Part shown: positions 9,924 through 17,617 of the stretch, piece by piece
Layout of the letters: the number at the start of each line of letters is the position of its first letter
Numbering within the stretch: position 1 is the stretch's first letter
Assembly (NCBI RefSeq): GCF_001272835.1
Contig: NZ_CP010546.1
Coordinates: 785,208 to 817,207, forward strand
DNA: 32,000 nt
DNA from: Mycoplasmoides pneumoniae FH
GTDB taxonomy: Bacteria > Bacillota_I > Bacilli_A > Mycoplasmatales > Mycoplasmoidaceae
Reading direction: 5' to 3'
Position numbers and translations under genes: made by a program
The notes under the pieces: model-generated
What the model was told of the DNA's origin: nothing
What the model saw: only the letters and a program-made list of their open reading frames with translations
Database searches by the model: none

Positions 9924-12036
9924 TGTCTTTTTCTGTATCCTTCTCAGTCTTCTTATTTAACTTAGCTTCCTTGGCTTCTGCCTTTTGTTTGGCTTGCTGT
10001 TCTTGCTTTTGCGCTAGGATCTCTGGAGGGAGTTTAGTGTGTTCGTGAATGTAATCGATGTCACTCTTTAAGATGGTTTCGGCAATCAACAAGGCTTCAA
10101 CTAACAATTCCAACTCCTTACGGTTCGTTTTAATAATGGTACGTGCCTTCTTGTACTGTTCTTCAATAATGGCGTTAATCTCAAAGTCAATATCCTTTGC
10201 TGTTTGCTCAGAGAACAGTTTGGTACCTGGTGGGACGGTACCTTGACTAGGTACATATTGCACTTGCCCTAACTTGGACATTCCTAACTGGGTAACCATG
10301 GCACGGGCAATATTGGTCGCCTTATAAAAGTCCGAGGAAGCGCCAGTGGTAATTTCTAGGGGACCGTAAATTTCTTCCTCTGCAGCACGGCCGCCCATGG
10401 CTGTAGCAATCATCGCTAACAAGTCAGATTTACGCTTTAAATTGAGATCGCCACTCTTAGGGGTTGACAAGGTATAACCACCCGCTTGACCCCGGGGAAT
10501 AATGGTAATCTTTTGCACTTCATCGTTACTGTGAACATGGAGGCCAACCAAAGCATGACCTGCTTCGTGGTAGGCCACTAGTTTACGATCAGCATCACTG
10601 ACCACCCGAGATTTTTTGGCAGGACCAGCTATGACCCGGTCAATGGCTTCATCAATGTCGTTCATGTTGATCGTGGTCCGGTTATCACGGACTGCTAACA
10701 GGGTAGCTTCATTAATGACGTTTTCCAATTGAGCCCCACTAAAACCAGGGGTACGTTTAGCAACATCCAATAAGCTAATCTTGGAAGACAAGTTCTTGTT
10801 CTTGGCGTGCACTTGTAAGATGCCTTCGCGTTCCTTAATGTCGGGAAGGTTAATCTGGATGTGACGATCAAACCGACCTGGGCGTAATAACGCATCATCA
10901 AGGACATCCAAGCGGTTGGTAGCAGCCATCACCACAACACCAGTGCGGCTAGTAAACCCATCCATTTCCGCTAACAGTTGGTTTAAGGTTTGTTCGACCA
11001 CCGAGTAGGAGGACAACTCCACGCGACCCCGTTTAGAACCAACCGAGTCAATTTCATCGATGAAGATAATACATGGGGCCGCTTTCTTAGCCTTATTGAA
11101 CAAGTCCCGTACCCGTTTGGCGCCCACACCAACCAGCATATCTTCAAAGCCAGAACCCGTGGACTGGAAGAAAGGCACACCAGCTTCACCAGCAACAGCT
11201 TTCGCTAACAGCGTTTTACCCGTACCAGGAGGGCCGTAAAGAATAACACCGCGTGGGGAACGAGCGCCCATTTGGGCATACTTCAAGGGGTTTTTGAGGT
11301 AATCAACAATTTCCAGTAACTCGTGTTTTTCTTCTTGGAGTCCCGCAATGTTGTCAAACCTCACCGAAGACTTTGCGAGTTTAGCTTGGGTCTTACCAAT
11401 TGAGAAGATGTTGTCCTCCTCACTGCGACCACCACCAGAGATACCGCGAGCAGAACGTCAAAAGAGTAAGAAGAAAATGACAAAGATAATAATTGGTAGT
11501 AGGCCAAAGAAGATGTTGAGCACATCACGTGCTCTCGTATCAGGAGCAACAAAGGTACCGATGTCATGGAGACCTTTAATAGAAGCTAATTCAGTGCCAT
11601 TGTTACTTTTTTGGTCTTGGGTCATCATTCCATTAACTATGGCCTTTCCAGTTGACTGATTAATCGAGAGGTTTGCTATATTAAAGATAGTTTCCCCACT
11701 ACCATTAGTAGCTTTGTGGGCAGTTACTACTATGGGATTTATCCCTTGGAAACTAATGGAAACCTGCAGAATGTCATCGGTGACATAGGTGGAATTATTA
11801 ATTCTTTGGAAGGTGTGTTTGCCTGATAAGCCTTTGATTTGAGCCGAAAGTGTAGTTCCACTAAGCTCCCACTTTTCAATTACAGCCGTGGTAGCCCTTG
11901 GCATTAGGATATAAACCAAAATACCAATAATAATGGCTAGGATAACCACTCACCAAAAAATCTTTCACGCTGTGCGTTTGGGAAACTGCGGTTTTTCGCT
12001 CGTAGTCGCCTCGTTAAGTCCTTTATTTTTTTTCAT
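9907..12036 (-). CDS. ftsH: ATP-dependent zinc metalloprotease FtsH, 709 aa
   Basis: Same-frame fragments are joined across TGA at 11458-60, 11950-52 and 11965-67. ATG at 12034-12036. Walker A GPPGTGKT, Walker B IIFIDEID, zinc site HEAGHA, N-terminal TM helices and a Lys/Glu-rich tail. Confidence 0.97.
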
Positions 12037-12196
12037 TTGTTGTTGTTTGTTGGGTGATTTGACTGGTTTTTATTCTAACAACACTAAGGGTAACTAATAC
12101 ACCCACTGCTGCAAAACCAGCCAAAGTTAGAAAGGTAATTAAGATGATTTTTTTGTGCTTTTTTACCAGGGAAACCAACACACTAAACCATCGCAT
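12023..12196 (-). CDS. candidate 57-aa single-pass membrane peptide (speculative, absent from the track)
   Basis: ATG 12194-12196 to TAA 12023-12025. Peptide: [57 protein letters not shown]. It fills the 180-nt hpt-ftsH gap and overlaps the ftsH ATG by 14 nt. Confidence 0.3.
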   Translation of the reverse strand: MRWFSVLVSLVKKHKKIILITFLTLAGFAAVGVLVTLSVVRIKTSQITQQTTTNEKK

Positions 12197-12216
12197 AAAA
12201 TTCTAAATAGCGCGAC

Positions 12217-12744
12217 TTAATTATCTTCAGGATCAAAGACACCAACATAGGGTAAATTGCGATAAAAGCCCTGGTAGTCTAACCCAAAACCAACCAAGAA
12301 TTCGTCTTGGTTTTTAAAGCAAGAATAGTCCACCTTAATGTCAGCTTCCCTGGGTTTGAGCTTTTCAATGAAGCTCACTAAGATCACACTTTTGGCCTTT
12401 CGGGTGTGGAGTAAGTCCAATACTAATTTAATAGAACGACCACTGTCGATTATGTCTTCTATTAAAAGAATGTCCTTGCCTTTAGGGTCATGGGACATAT
12501 CTAGGACAATCTTCGGTGCTTCTTGTTGGCGACTGCCACCATGGTAAGAAGCGACTGCCACAAAGTCCAGTTGTAAATCAAAGGTAAACTGACTAATAAG
12601 TTTGCCCAAAAAGGGAATACAACCCTTCAAGATCCCTAATACTATGACCTGTTTACCAGCAAAATGTTCATTACACCATTTGAGCGCAGCGTTACAACCC
12701 GCTTCAACCTGTTTTTGATCAATGATGATAGATTTAATGCCCAT
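12217..12744 (-). CDS. hpt: hypoxanthine-guanine phosphoribosyltransferase, 175 aa
   Basis: PRPP-binding motif LLIEDIIDSGRS. I start it at ATG 12742-12744 (MGIKSIIID), which overlaps the upstream TAA by 1 nt (TAATG). The track's longer start lies inside the upstream gene. Confidence 0.92.
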   Translation of the reverse strand: MGIKSIIIDQKQVEAGCNAALKWCNEHFAGKQVIVLGILKGCIPFLGKLISQFTFDLQLDFVAVASYHGGSRQQEAPKIVLDMSHDPKGKDILLIEDIIDSGRSIKLVLDLLHTRKAKSVILVSFIEKLKPREADIKVDYSCFKNQDEFLVGFGLDYQGFYRNLPYVGVFDPEDN

Positions 12745-13253
12745 TACTTTAATCTTTGTCGTTCCACTAACACGACCGCTAAACAACTAATTTCATTCGA
12801 ATTCAACGGTTCACGTACCTTGAGGTTAATTGTCAGTTCGGTAATCCGTAAAGCCGTACAAATAAAGTCAAAGATGGCATGCTTATAGTCATCCATCTTT
12901 TGTTGTGAGGGAATTTCTAAGGTGATATCAATGTTATTGATGTACCAGTTCTTGCGAATAAAGTTGTAAGTCCGTGCCAAAATACGGGGCGCTTCTTTAC
13001 GCGGATTACCCTTTAAAGGGATCTGGGTTTTTTCTTTATTGAAGACAATTTGTCCATCACCTAAGGCAGTAGCACCAAATAAAGCATCAGCTACTGCTAG
13101 CTGGATAACGTCACTGGCGTCATCACTAGCATCGTGGTCATAAATGTACTTGGAATCTTCTATTTCCACCCCACCTATTCAAAATTTATTCTTCTGTTCT
13201 GCTCTCGGTTTAATGCGGTATTTTTTCTTACCTAGGCCAACTCTAAACTGCAT
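12744..13253 (-). CDS. IspF (YgbB)-like protein with degenerate active site (MG459-like), 169 aa
   Basis: The table-4 reading starts at ATG 13251-13253 and passes TGA at 13179-81. It aligns by eye along the whole length of E. coli IspF (IGGV.I, SD..SDV...A..DAL.GA.ALGD, N.D.T). The metal-ligand positions are substituted. Confidence 0.7.
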
Positions 13254-13267
13254 CGTGGTATCTGTTA

Positions 13268-13273
13268 ATTATA
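13268..13273 (-). promoter_or_regulatory. -10 box TATAAT upstream of the IspF-like/hpt/ftsH cluster
   Basis: Reverse complement of 13268-13273 is TATAAT, 14 nt upstream of ATG 13253, implying a short leader or near-leaderless transcript. Confidence 0.35.
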
Positions 13274-13393
13274 CTTTTGCCCACCCCCTTTTCCTTTTAT
13301 GTTGAGAGCTAAAAAAGACAAAGCTTGGCAGCAGGTTTTATTTAGATCAAATCTCAATTGGGAACAGTAAATGATTGGTGGCTTAAACCAAAT

Positions 13394-13399
13394 TAAAAT
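13394..13399 (+). promoter_or_regulatory. -10 box TAAAAT upstream of ldh
   Basis: TAAAAT lies 25 nt upstream of ATG 13425 in the divergent intergenic region. Confidence 0.3.
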
Positions 13400-13424
13400 G
13401 AAGGCAAGCTTGAATAAATTAGTT

Positions 13425-14363
13425 ATGAAGAGTCTTAAAGTAGCACTCATTGGTTCTGGTGCAGTGGGCACCAGCTTTCTCTACGCTGCTATGAGCCGTG
13501 GTTTAGCGAGTGAATACATGGTTATCGACATTAACGAAAAATCCCAAGTAGGGAATGTTTTTGACCTCCAAGATGCTGTACCATCATCACCGCAATACAG
13601 TAAGGTAATTGCTGGTGATTACAAACAACTCAAAGATTACGACTTTATCTTTATTGGTGCTGGTCGACCCCAAAAGCAAGGTGGGGAAACCCGGTTACAA
13701 CTCCTTGAAGGTAATGTCGAAATTATGAAGAACATTGCCAAAGCCGTGAAGGAATCGGGCTTTAAGGGCATTACCTTAATTGCTTCCAACCCAGTCGACA
13801 TTATGGCTTACACCTATTTAAAGGTAACGGGGTTTGAACCGAATAAGGTAATTGGTTCTGGAACCTTACTAGACAGCGCCCGGTTAAAGTTTGCGATTGC
13901 TGAAAAATACGGTATGAGCAGCAGGGATGTCCAAGCATATGTGTTAGGTGAACACGGGGATAGTTCAGTAAGTATTATTTCCTCCGCTAAGATTGCTGGC
14001 TTACCACTCAAACACTTCTCGAAAGCAAGTGATATAGAAAAAGAATTTGCTGAAATTGACCACTTTATTCGCCGTCGAGCTTATGAAATCATCGAACGCA
14101 AAGGAGCCACCTTTTATGGCATCGGGGAAGCAACTGCCGAAGTAGCAGAATTAATTCTCCGCGACACTAAAGAAGTACGAGTAGTAGCATCGTTAATTAA
14201 TGGCCAATATGGTGCTAAAGATGTAATGTTTGGCACCCCTTGTGTCTTGGGACGCAATGGTGTGGAAAAGATCTTGGAAATTGAATTGTCTGCTACAGAA
14301 AAAGCAGGCTTGGACAAATCAATCCAAGTATTGAAGGACAACATTAAGTTAGCTAAACTATAA
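13425..14363 (+). CDS. ldh: L-lactate dehydrogenase, 312 aa
   Basis: MKSLKVALIGSGAVG Rossmann N-terminus and catalytic-loop GEHGDS. The start is chosen at the ATG that gives the canonical spacing before GxGxxG. In-frame upstream starts at 13371 and 13398 are possible but less typical. Confidence 0.93.
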   Translation: MKSLKVALIGSGAVGTSFLYAAMSRGLASEYMVIDINEKSQVGNVFDLQDAVPSSPQYSKVIAGDYKQLKDYDFIFIGAGRPQKQGGETRLQLLEGNVEIMKNIAKAVKESGFKGITLIASNPVDIMAYTYLKVTGFEPNKVIGSGTLLDSARLKFAIAEKYGMSSRDVQAYVLGEHGDSSVSIISSAKIAGLPLKHFSKASDIEKEFAEIDHFIRRRAYEIIERKGATFYGIGEATAEVAELILRDTKEVRVVASLINGQYGAKDVMFGTPCVLGRNGVEKILEIELSATEKAGLDKSIQVLKDNIKLAKL

Positions 14364-14407
14364 GAATTAGTTTAACTGTAGACATAAATAAACTAGTTAA
14401 CTACTAG

Positions 14408-14455
14408 AACAAAACAAGCATGCTGACCCATTGGGGTTGATGTGCTTGTTTTGTT
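14408..14455 (+). terminator. ldh terminator hairpin
   Basis: AACAAAACAAGCA (14408-14420) pairs perfectly with TGCTTGTTTTGTT (14443-14455). The 3' arm and flank are T-rich. It begins 45 nt after the ldh stop. Confidence 0.7.
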
Positions 14456-14656
14456 TATTAAAAAATAGGCAAACTTTTTGGCGTATTTGTCAAATTCATT
14501 CAATTTATTAAGTGGGAGCAGGAAGACCGACTTTTGTTGAAAGTTTTTGCTGCTCCCGGCCAACTAGAAAAATATTTAAATTCATACATCTTAGTGTTTA
14601 CAACTCAAACTAATATTCTTCGTTAGTTTTCAATATCGTTAAAAAATATTTTTTAG

Positions 14657-14690
14657 CCGTCTGCTTGTCAACTTGAGCAGATGGTTTTTT
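14657..14690 (+). terminator. orphan plus-strand intrinsic terminator
   Basis: CCGTCTGCT (14657-65) pairs with AGCAGATGG (14676-84): 9 bp including one G-T pair, with a 10-nt loop, followed by TTTTTT (14685-90). The T-run exists only in the plus orientation. Confidence 0.6.
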
Positions 14691-14707
14691 ATTTATTTGA
14701 AAAGAAT

Positions 14708-14753
14708 AAAAATACCAGCAACTCAACCTTAAAGATTAAATGCTGGTATTTTT
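14708..14753 (-). terminator. bidirectional hairpin downstream of DUF16 copy 1
   Basis: AAAAATACCAGCA (14708-20) pairs with TGCTGGTATTTTT (14741-53) around a 20-nt loop. It lies 15 nt beyond the TAA at 14768-70. Confidence 0.6.
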
Positions 14754-14767
14754 AGTTTGAGTTGGAA

Positions 14768-15073
14768 TTATTTAGATTCCAATTTGTCTATACGTTTGCC
14801 AAAGTCTATTAAGGTATTGTTAATTGATTCCAGGCTTTTAAGCACAAGACTTTCAAAGCGATCCATGCGGGCGTTCATTGCTTCACCCTGAATTCGAAAG
14901 CCTTCTCTAACTTCTATTTGGAATTCTTTAAATTCTGCCTTAGTAACATATCTTTGATCAAACTCAACTAAAAGCTCTTGTTTAAAAACTTCTAGTTTTT
15001 TGTCCAATTGTTTATGGGTTACGTATCCGCTTTTGCCTTTTTCCATATGGTTTAAATTGCCATAAAAGCCCAT
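14768..15073 (-). CDS. DUF16/UPF0134-family coiled-coil protein, copy 1 (at least 101 aa)
   Basis: It carries the family motif YVTKAEFKEF and heptad-rich C-terminus (...IDKLESK) that I recall for the M. pneumoniae DUF16 multigene family. The frame stays open upstream through a TGA (15104-06) to 15196, but with no ATG. ATT (15176-78) or TTG (15182-84) behind AGGAGG could be the real start. Confidence 0.7.
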   Translation of the reverse strand: MGFYGNLNHMEKGKSGYVTHKQLDKKLEVFKQELLVEFDQRYVTKAEFKEFQIEVREGFRIQGEAMNARMDRFESLVLKSLESINNTLIDFGKRIDKLESK

Positions 15074-15371
15074 GTTATAGCTACCATCAGATAGATCTTC
15101 GATTCAGGCCTTTGCTGTTTTAATCTTATCTTTTTTCAAATTTCTTTTGAACAAAGTAATTGAAATTTCGCGTTTAATGGTCAAAACCTCCTTTCTTTAC
15201 AGGATTTAAAAAAACAGAAAGCTTTATATGAGTGTTGGGCCAAATTTAAAGAGGGTCCAATTTTTCAAAAAATGTTAATCATTTCTTTTAAGCTCCTTTA
15301 CTAAATAAATGGAAGCGGTTATTTAGAAGTACCAAGAAAATGAATTTTTAAATAGAAATCTGTAAAGAATG

Positions 15372-15412
15372 AAAATACCAACAGCTAACTGAATGTTAAC
15401 TGTTGGCGTTTT
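15372..15412 (-). terminator. hairpin downstream of DUF16 copy 2 (paralog of 14708-14753)
   Basis: AAAATACCAACAG (15372-84) pairs with CTGTTGGCGTTTT (15400-12) with one mismatch and one wobble. The 5' arm is nearly identical to that of the copy-1 hairpin. Confidence 0.45.
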
Positions 15413-15426
15413 CTGTTGAAGAAATG

Positions 15427-15759
15427 TTATTTCTTGTATTCAAGCCTATCTAAACGTTCGTTGATGGCTTGAAGGCTCTGAAGCACAACTTTAAAAGTTT
15501 CTCTAACTTCTACTTTGAAGTCTCTCAACTCCGCTTCAATGTTTGCGAACCTTCGATCAACCATGACCTTGTATTCCTCAAACTCTTTCCGGGTAACGTA
15601 CTATGTTTTTGGCTTTTTCACTTTTCGTTGCCAACGTTCCTTAATTATAACATCAAAAGTTCCGTCTGGCAACGGAATCCAATTTGATTTTAATTCAAGA
15701 ACCTCACACTGACTTCTAAACTTCTTGTATTCCCTTTCGGAATATCATTTGTTATTCAA
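15427..15759 (-). pseudogene. DUF16/UPF0134-family paralog, copy 2, interrupted by an in-frame TAG
   Basis: The reading runs from TTG 15757-59 (8 nt after GGGGG): (M)NNKWYSEREYKKF...DGTFDVIIKERWQRKVKKPKT, then TAG (15601-03), then YVTRKEFEEYKVMVDRRF...LDRLEYKK, then TAA (15427-29). TAG is a stop in table 4 as well. Confidence 0.6.
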
Positions 15760-15979
15760 AGTCAAAACCCCCTTTCTTACTTAAGTAATTAGAAAAAGAA
15801 GTAGACACTACCGAATTCCTTTTAGAAACAACAAATGTTGATGCGAGAACCAACGCAACAGATGCCTTTGCAAACGCGAAAGACTTATGCCCATAAGGGC
15901 TAATAAAAATGAGTTCATATGAGATTAAAGGGAGTTTTTACACTACCCAAGGTAATTAAATAGTGTTAAAGAACAATAT

Positions 15980-16260
15980 AAAAGCCACCCGAAGGGTGGC
16001 TTTTCCATATACACAGAAAGCGAACTAAATAAATAGGTTGTCCCATTCCGCTAACTGCAGTTTTATTATAAAAGAAATAACTAACCTTCGGAGTGGCTTT
16101 CTTTCTATACTGAGCAGGAGGCGACTAAAATAGTTGAATAATTCTGTCTACTGCAATCTAGTTATAAAAAACTCACCTAAAAGGTAGTTATTAACACCAA
16201 AAAAGCTTTTTAGAAGCTTTCTTAGTTTCAATTAAATAAACTCAGTGAATTAATTAAGCT
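15980..16260. repeat. degenerate tandem repeat, 2-3 units of about 90-97 bp, first unit starting with a perfect hairpin
   Basis: Unit A starts at 15980, unit B near 16077, and a weak unit C near 16167. Shared blocks are G.GTGGCTTT, GCGA.CTAAA, CTA.CTGCA and T.TTATAAAA. The unit A hairpin is AAAAGCCACCC-GAA-GGGTGGCTTTT (15980-16004). Unit B keeps only the 3' arm plus CC-TTCG-G. Confidence 0.55.
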
Positions 16261-16339
16261 TAACCAACTAACTTAGGCTTTTTCTTGAAGATAACGTTTA
16301 AGTATCAACTTCATGGTTTTGAATATCTTCTATCAATGC

Positions 16340-17617
16340 TTAAAGGCGGTAGAAAACGTTAGCCCACTTGTACAGTGCATTTTCAAAGAACAGTTCATTA
16401 CTACGCTTTACCAACATACTGATTTCACTGAGGTTAGTGTGCTTGTTTTGCATAGTTTTAATTTTGAGCTCATTCTTATGACTACTTCAACCCTCATAAA
16501 AGCCCTTAAACTGATTGTTAAACTTCGTAATAAAGTACTTAGCATCCTTGTACTTGCTCGCCTGTTTTTCAAAGTCTAAGTCCCTCTGTTCCTTGGTTTC
16601 GTAAAACTTAATTTCGAACTTCAAACTGTTTAAATAACTGTCCAACAACTTCTTTAAGATCTTGTCCTTGGTGGTTTGGTACAAGTTAACAAAGAACGAT
16701 TGGAACACATAGTCATCTAACTTAACAAACGCTGGCAGCATCTTTTTGTCAAAGTGTTCGTTCTTGAGTAGTGGTAAGCACACCTGTTCTAAGGTTTTAT
16801 AACCGTTGAAGTCAAACTGGTTTTTGTCCACTAAGTCCTTAATTCGTTGAAAGACAAACCAAAGGTTTAACTCGGTGGAAATACTCCTGCCATCGCTGTA
16901 GATTGATTGGTACATGTGGTGCCGGGTAATTAAGAAGTTTTCAATTAAGGGCAAGCACTTATCCTTAAAGAAGATTTCGTAAATCCCCTTGACCTTGACA
17001 CAGTCCATCTCCTTAATAATCGTTTGGTAATCTATCAAGGAATGACTGGTACCCGTAAAGTAGGAATCGCGCAACAGGTAATCCATCCGGTCAGCATCCA
17101 AGTCAGATGAAATTAACTGGCGCATCCAGTAGTTGGATGGCTTTAACTCCTTGTTTTCATCAATTAAAGCAGCTACTAGTTTAGGATCAATCTGGTTCGC
17201 CTTTAAGATTGATTTAATCGGTTCACTGTTGACAAATAAGGTTGTAACTTCTTCGTGGATAAACAGCTCCTTCTTAAAGTTAGGGGCTTTGGCAAAGTAA
17301 ATCTCAAAGGCATGGGAATGCGGTGCATGACCAATGTCGTGCAGTAATCCCGCTACTAACACCGTTTGCTTTTTGTTTTCATTAATCGGAGCAAACGCGG
17401 GGGTGTTTAAGATCCGCCTTAACAGTTCATAAACCCCCAAGGAGTGGGAATAACGCGTGTGCACGCCCCCCGGATAAAAATGAAAGTTAATTCCTAGCTG
17501 CTTAATGTTACGTAAACGGCGAAACGCTTCCGTTTCCACCAACTCATACATCCACTTAGTTTGTTGGTCAAACAGCACTTCCCCTAAAATGGGATCTTTA
17601 AAAAAGATTTGTTGCAT
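16340..17617 (-). CDS. HD-domain phosphohydrolase, SAMHD1/EF1143-like putative dNTP triphosphohydrolase (MG461-like), 425 aa
   Basis: Motifs [20 protein letters not shown] and [11 protein letters not shown]. The track ORF ends at TGA 16487-89. Table 4 adds 49 residues and ends at TAA 16340-42. Confidence 0.85.

Noticed and set aside
12025-12034. A8 homopolymer in ftsH codons 2-4 (ATG AAA AAA AAT) as a phase-variation switch.
   Set aside because: ftsH is an essential core gene, the tract is short, and Lys-rich N-termini are common here. Nothing supports on/off switching.
13265-13471. 68-aa minus-strand ORF across the ldh/IspF-like divergent region.
   Set aside because: It covers both candidate -10 boxes and the ldh start. 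It has an odd composition and no coupling to neighbouring genes.
15469-15712. Two overlapping plus-strand ORFs (72 and 65 aa).
   Set aside because: They are antisense to DUF16 copy 2, whose minus-strand reading carries the family motif YVTRKEF and a coiled-coil tail.
15980-16260. CRISPR array interpretation of the hairpin-containing tandem repeats.
   Set aside because: The whole ~95-bp units are homologous, not short identical repeats separated by unique spacers. The repeats are heavily diverged, there are only 2-3 units, and no cas genes are present in the window.
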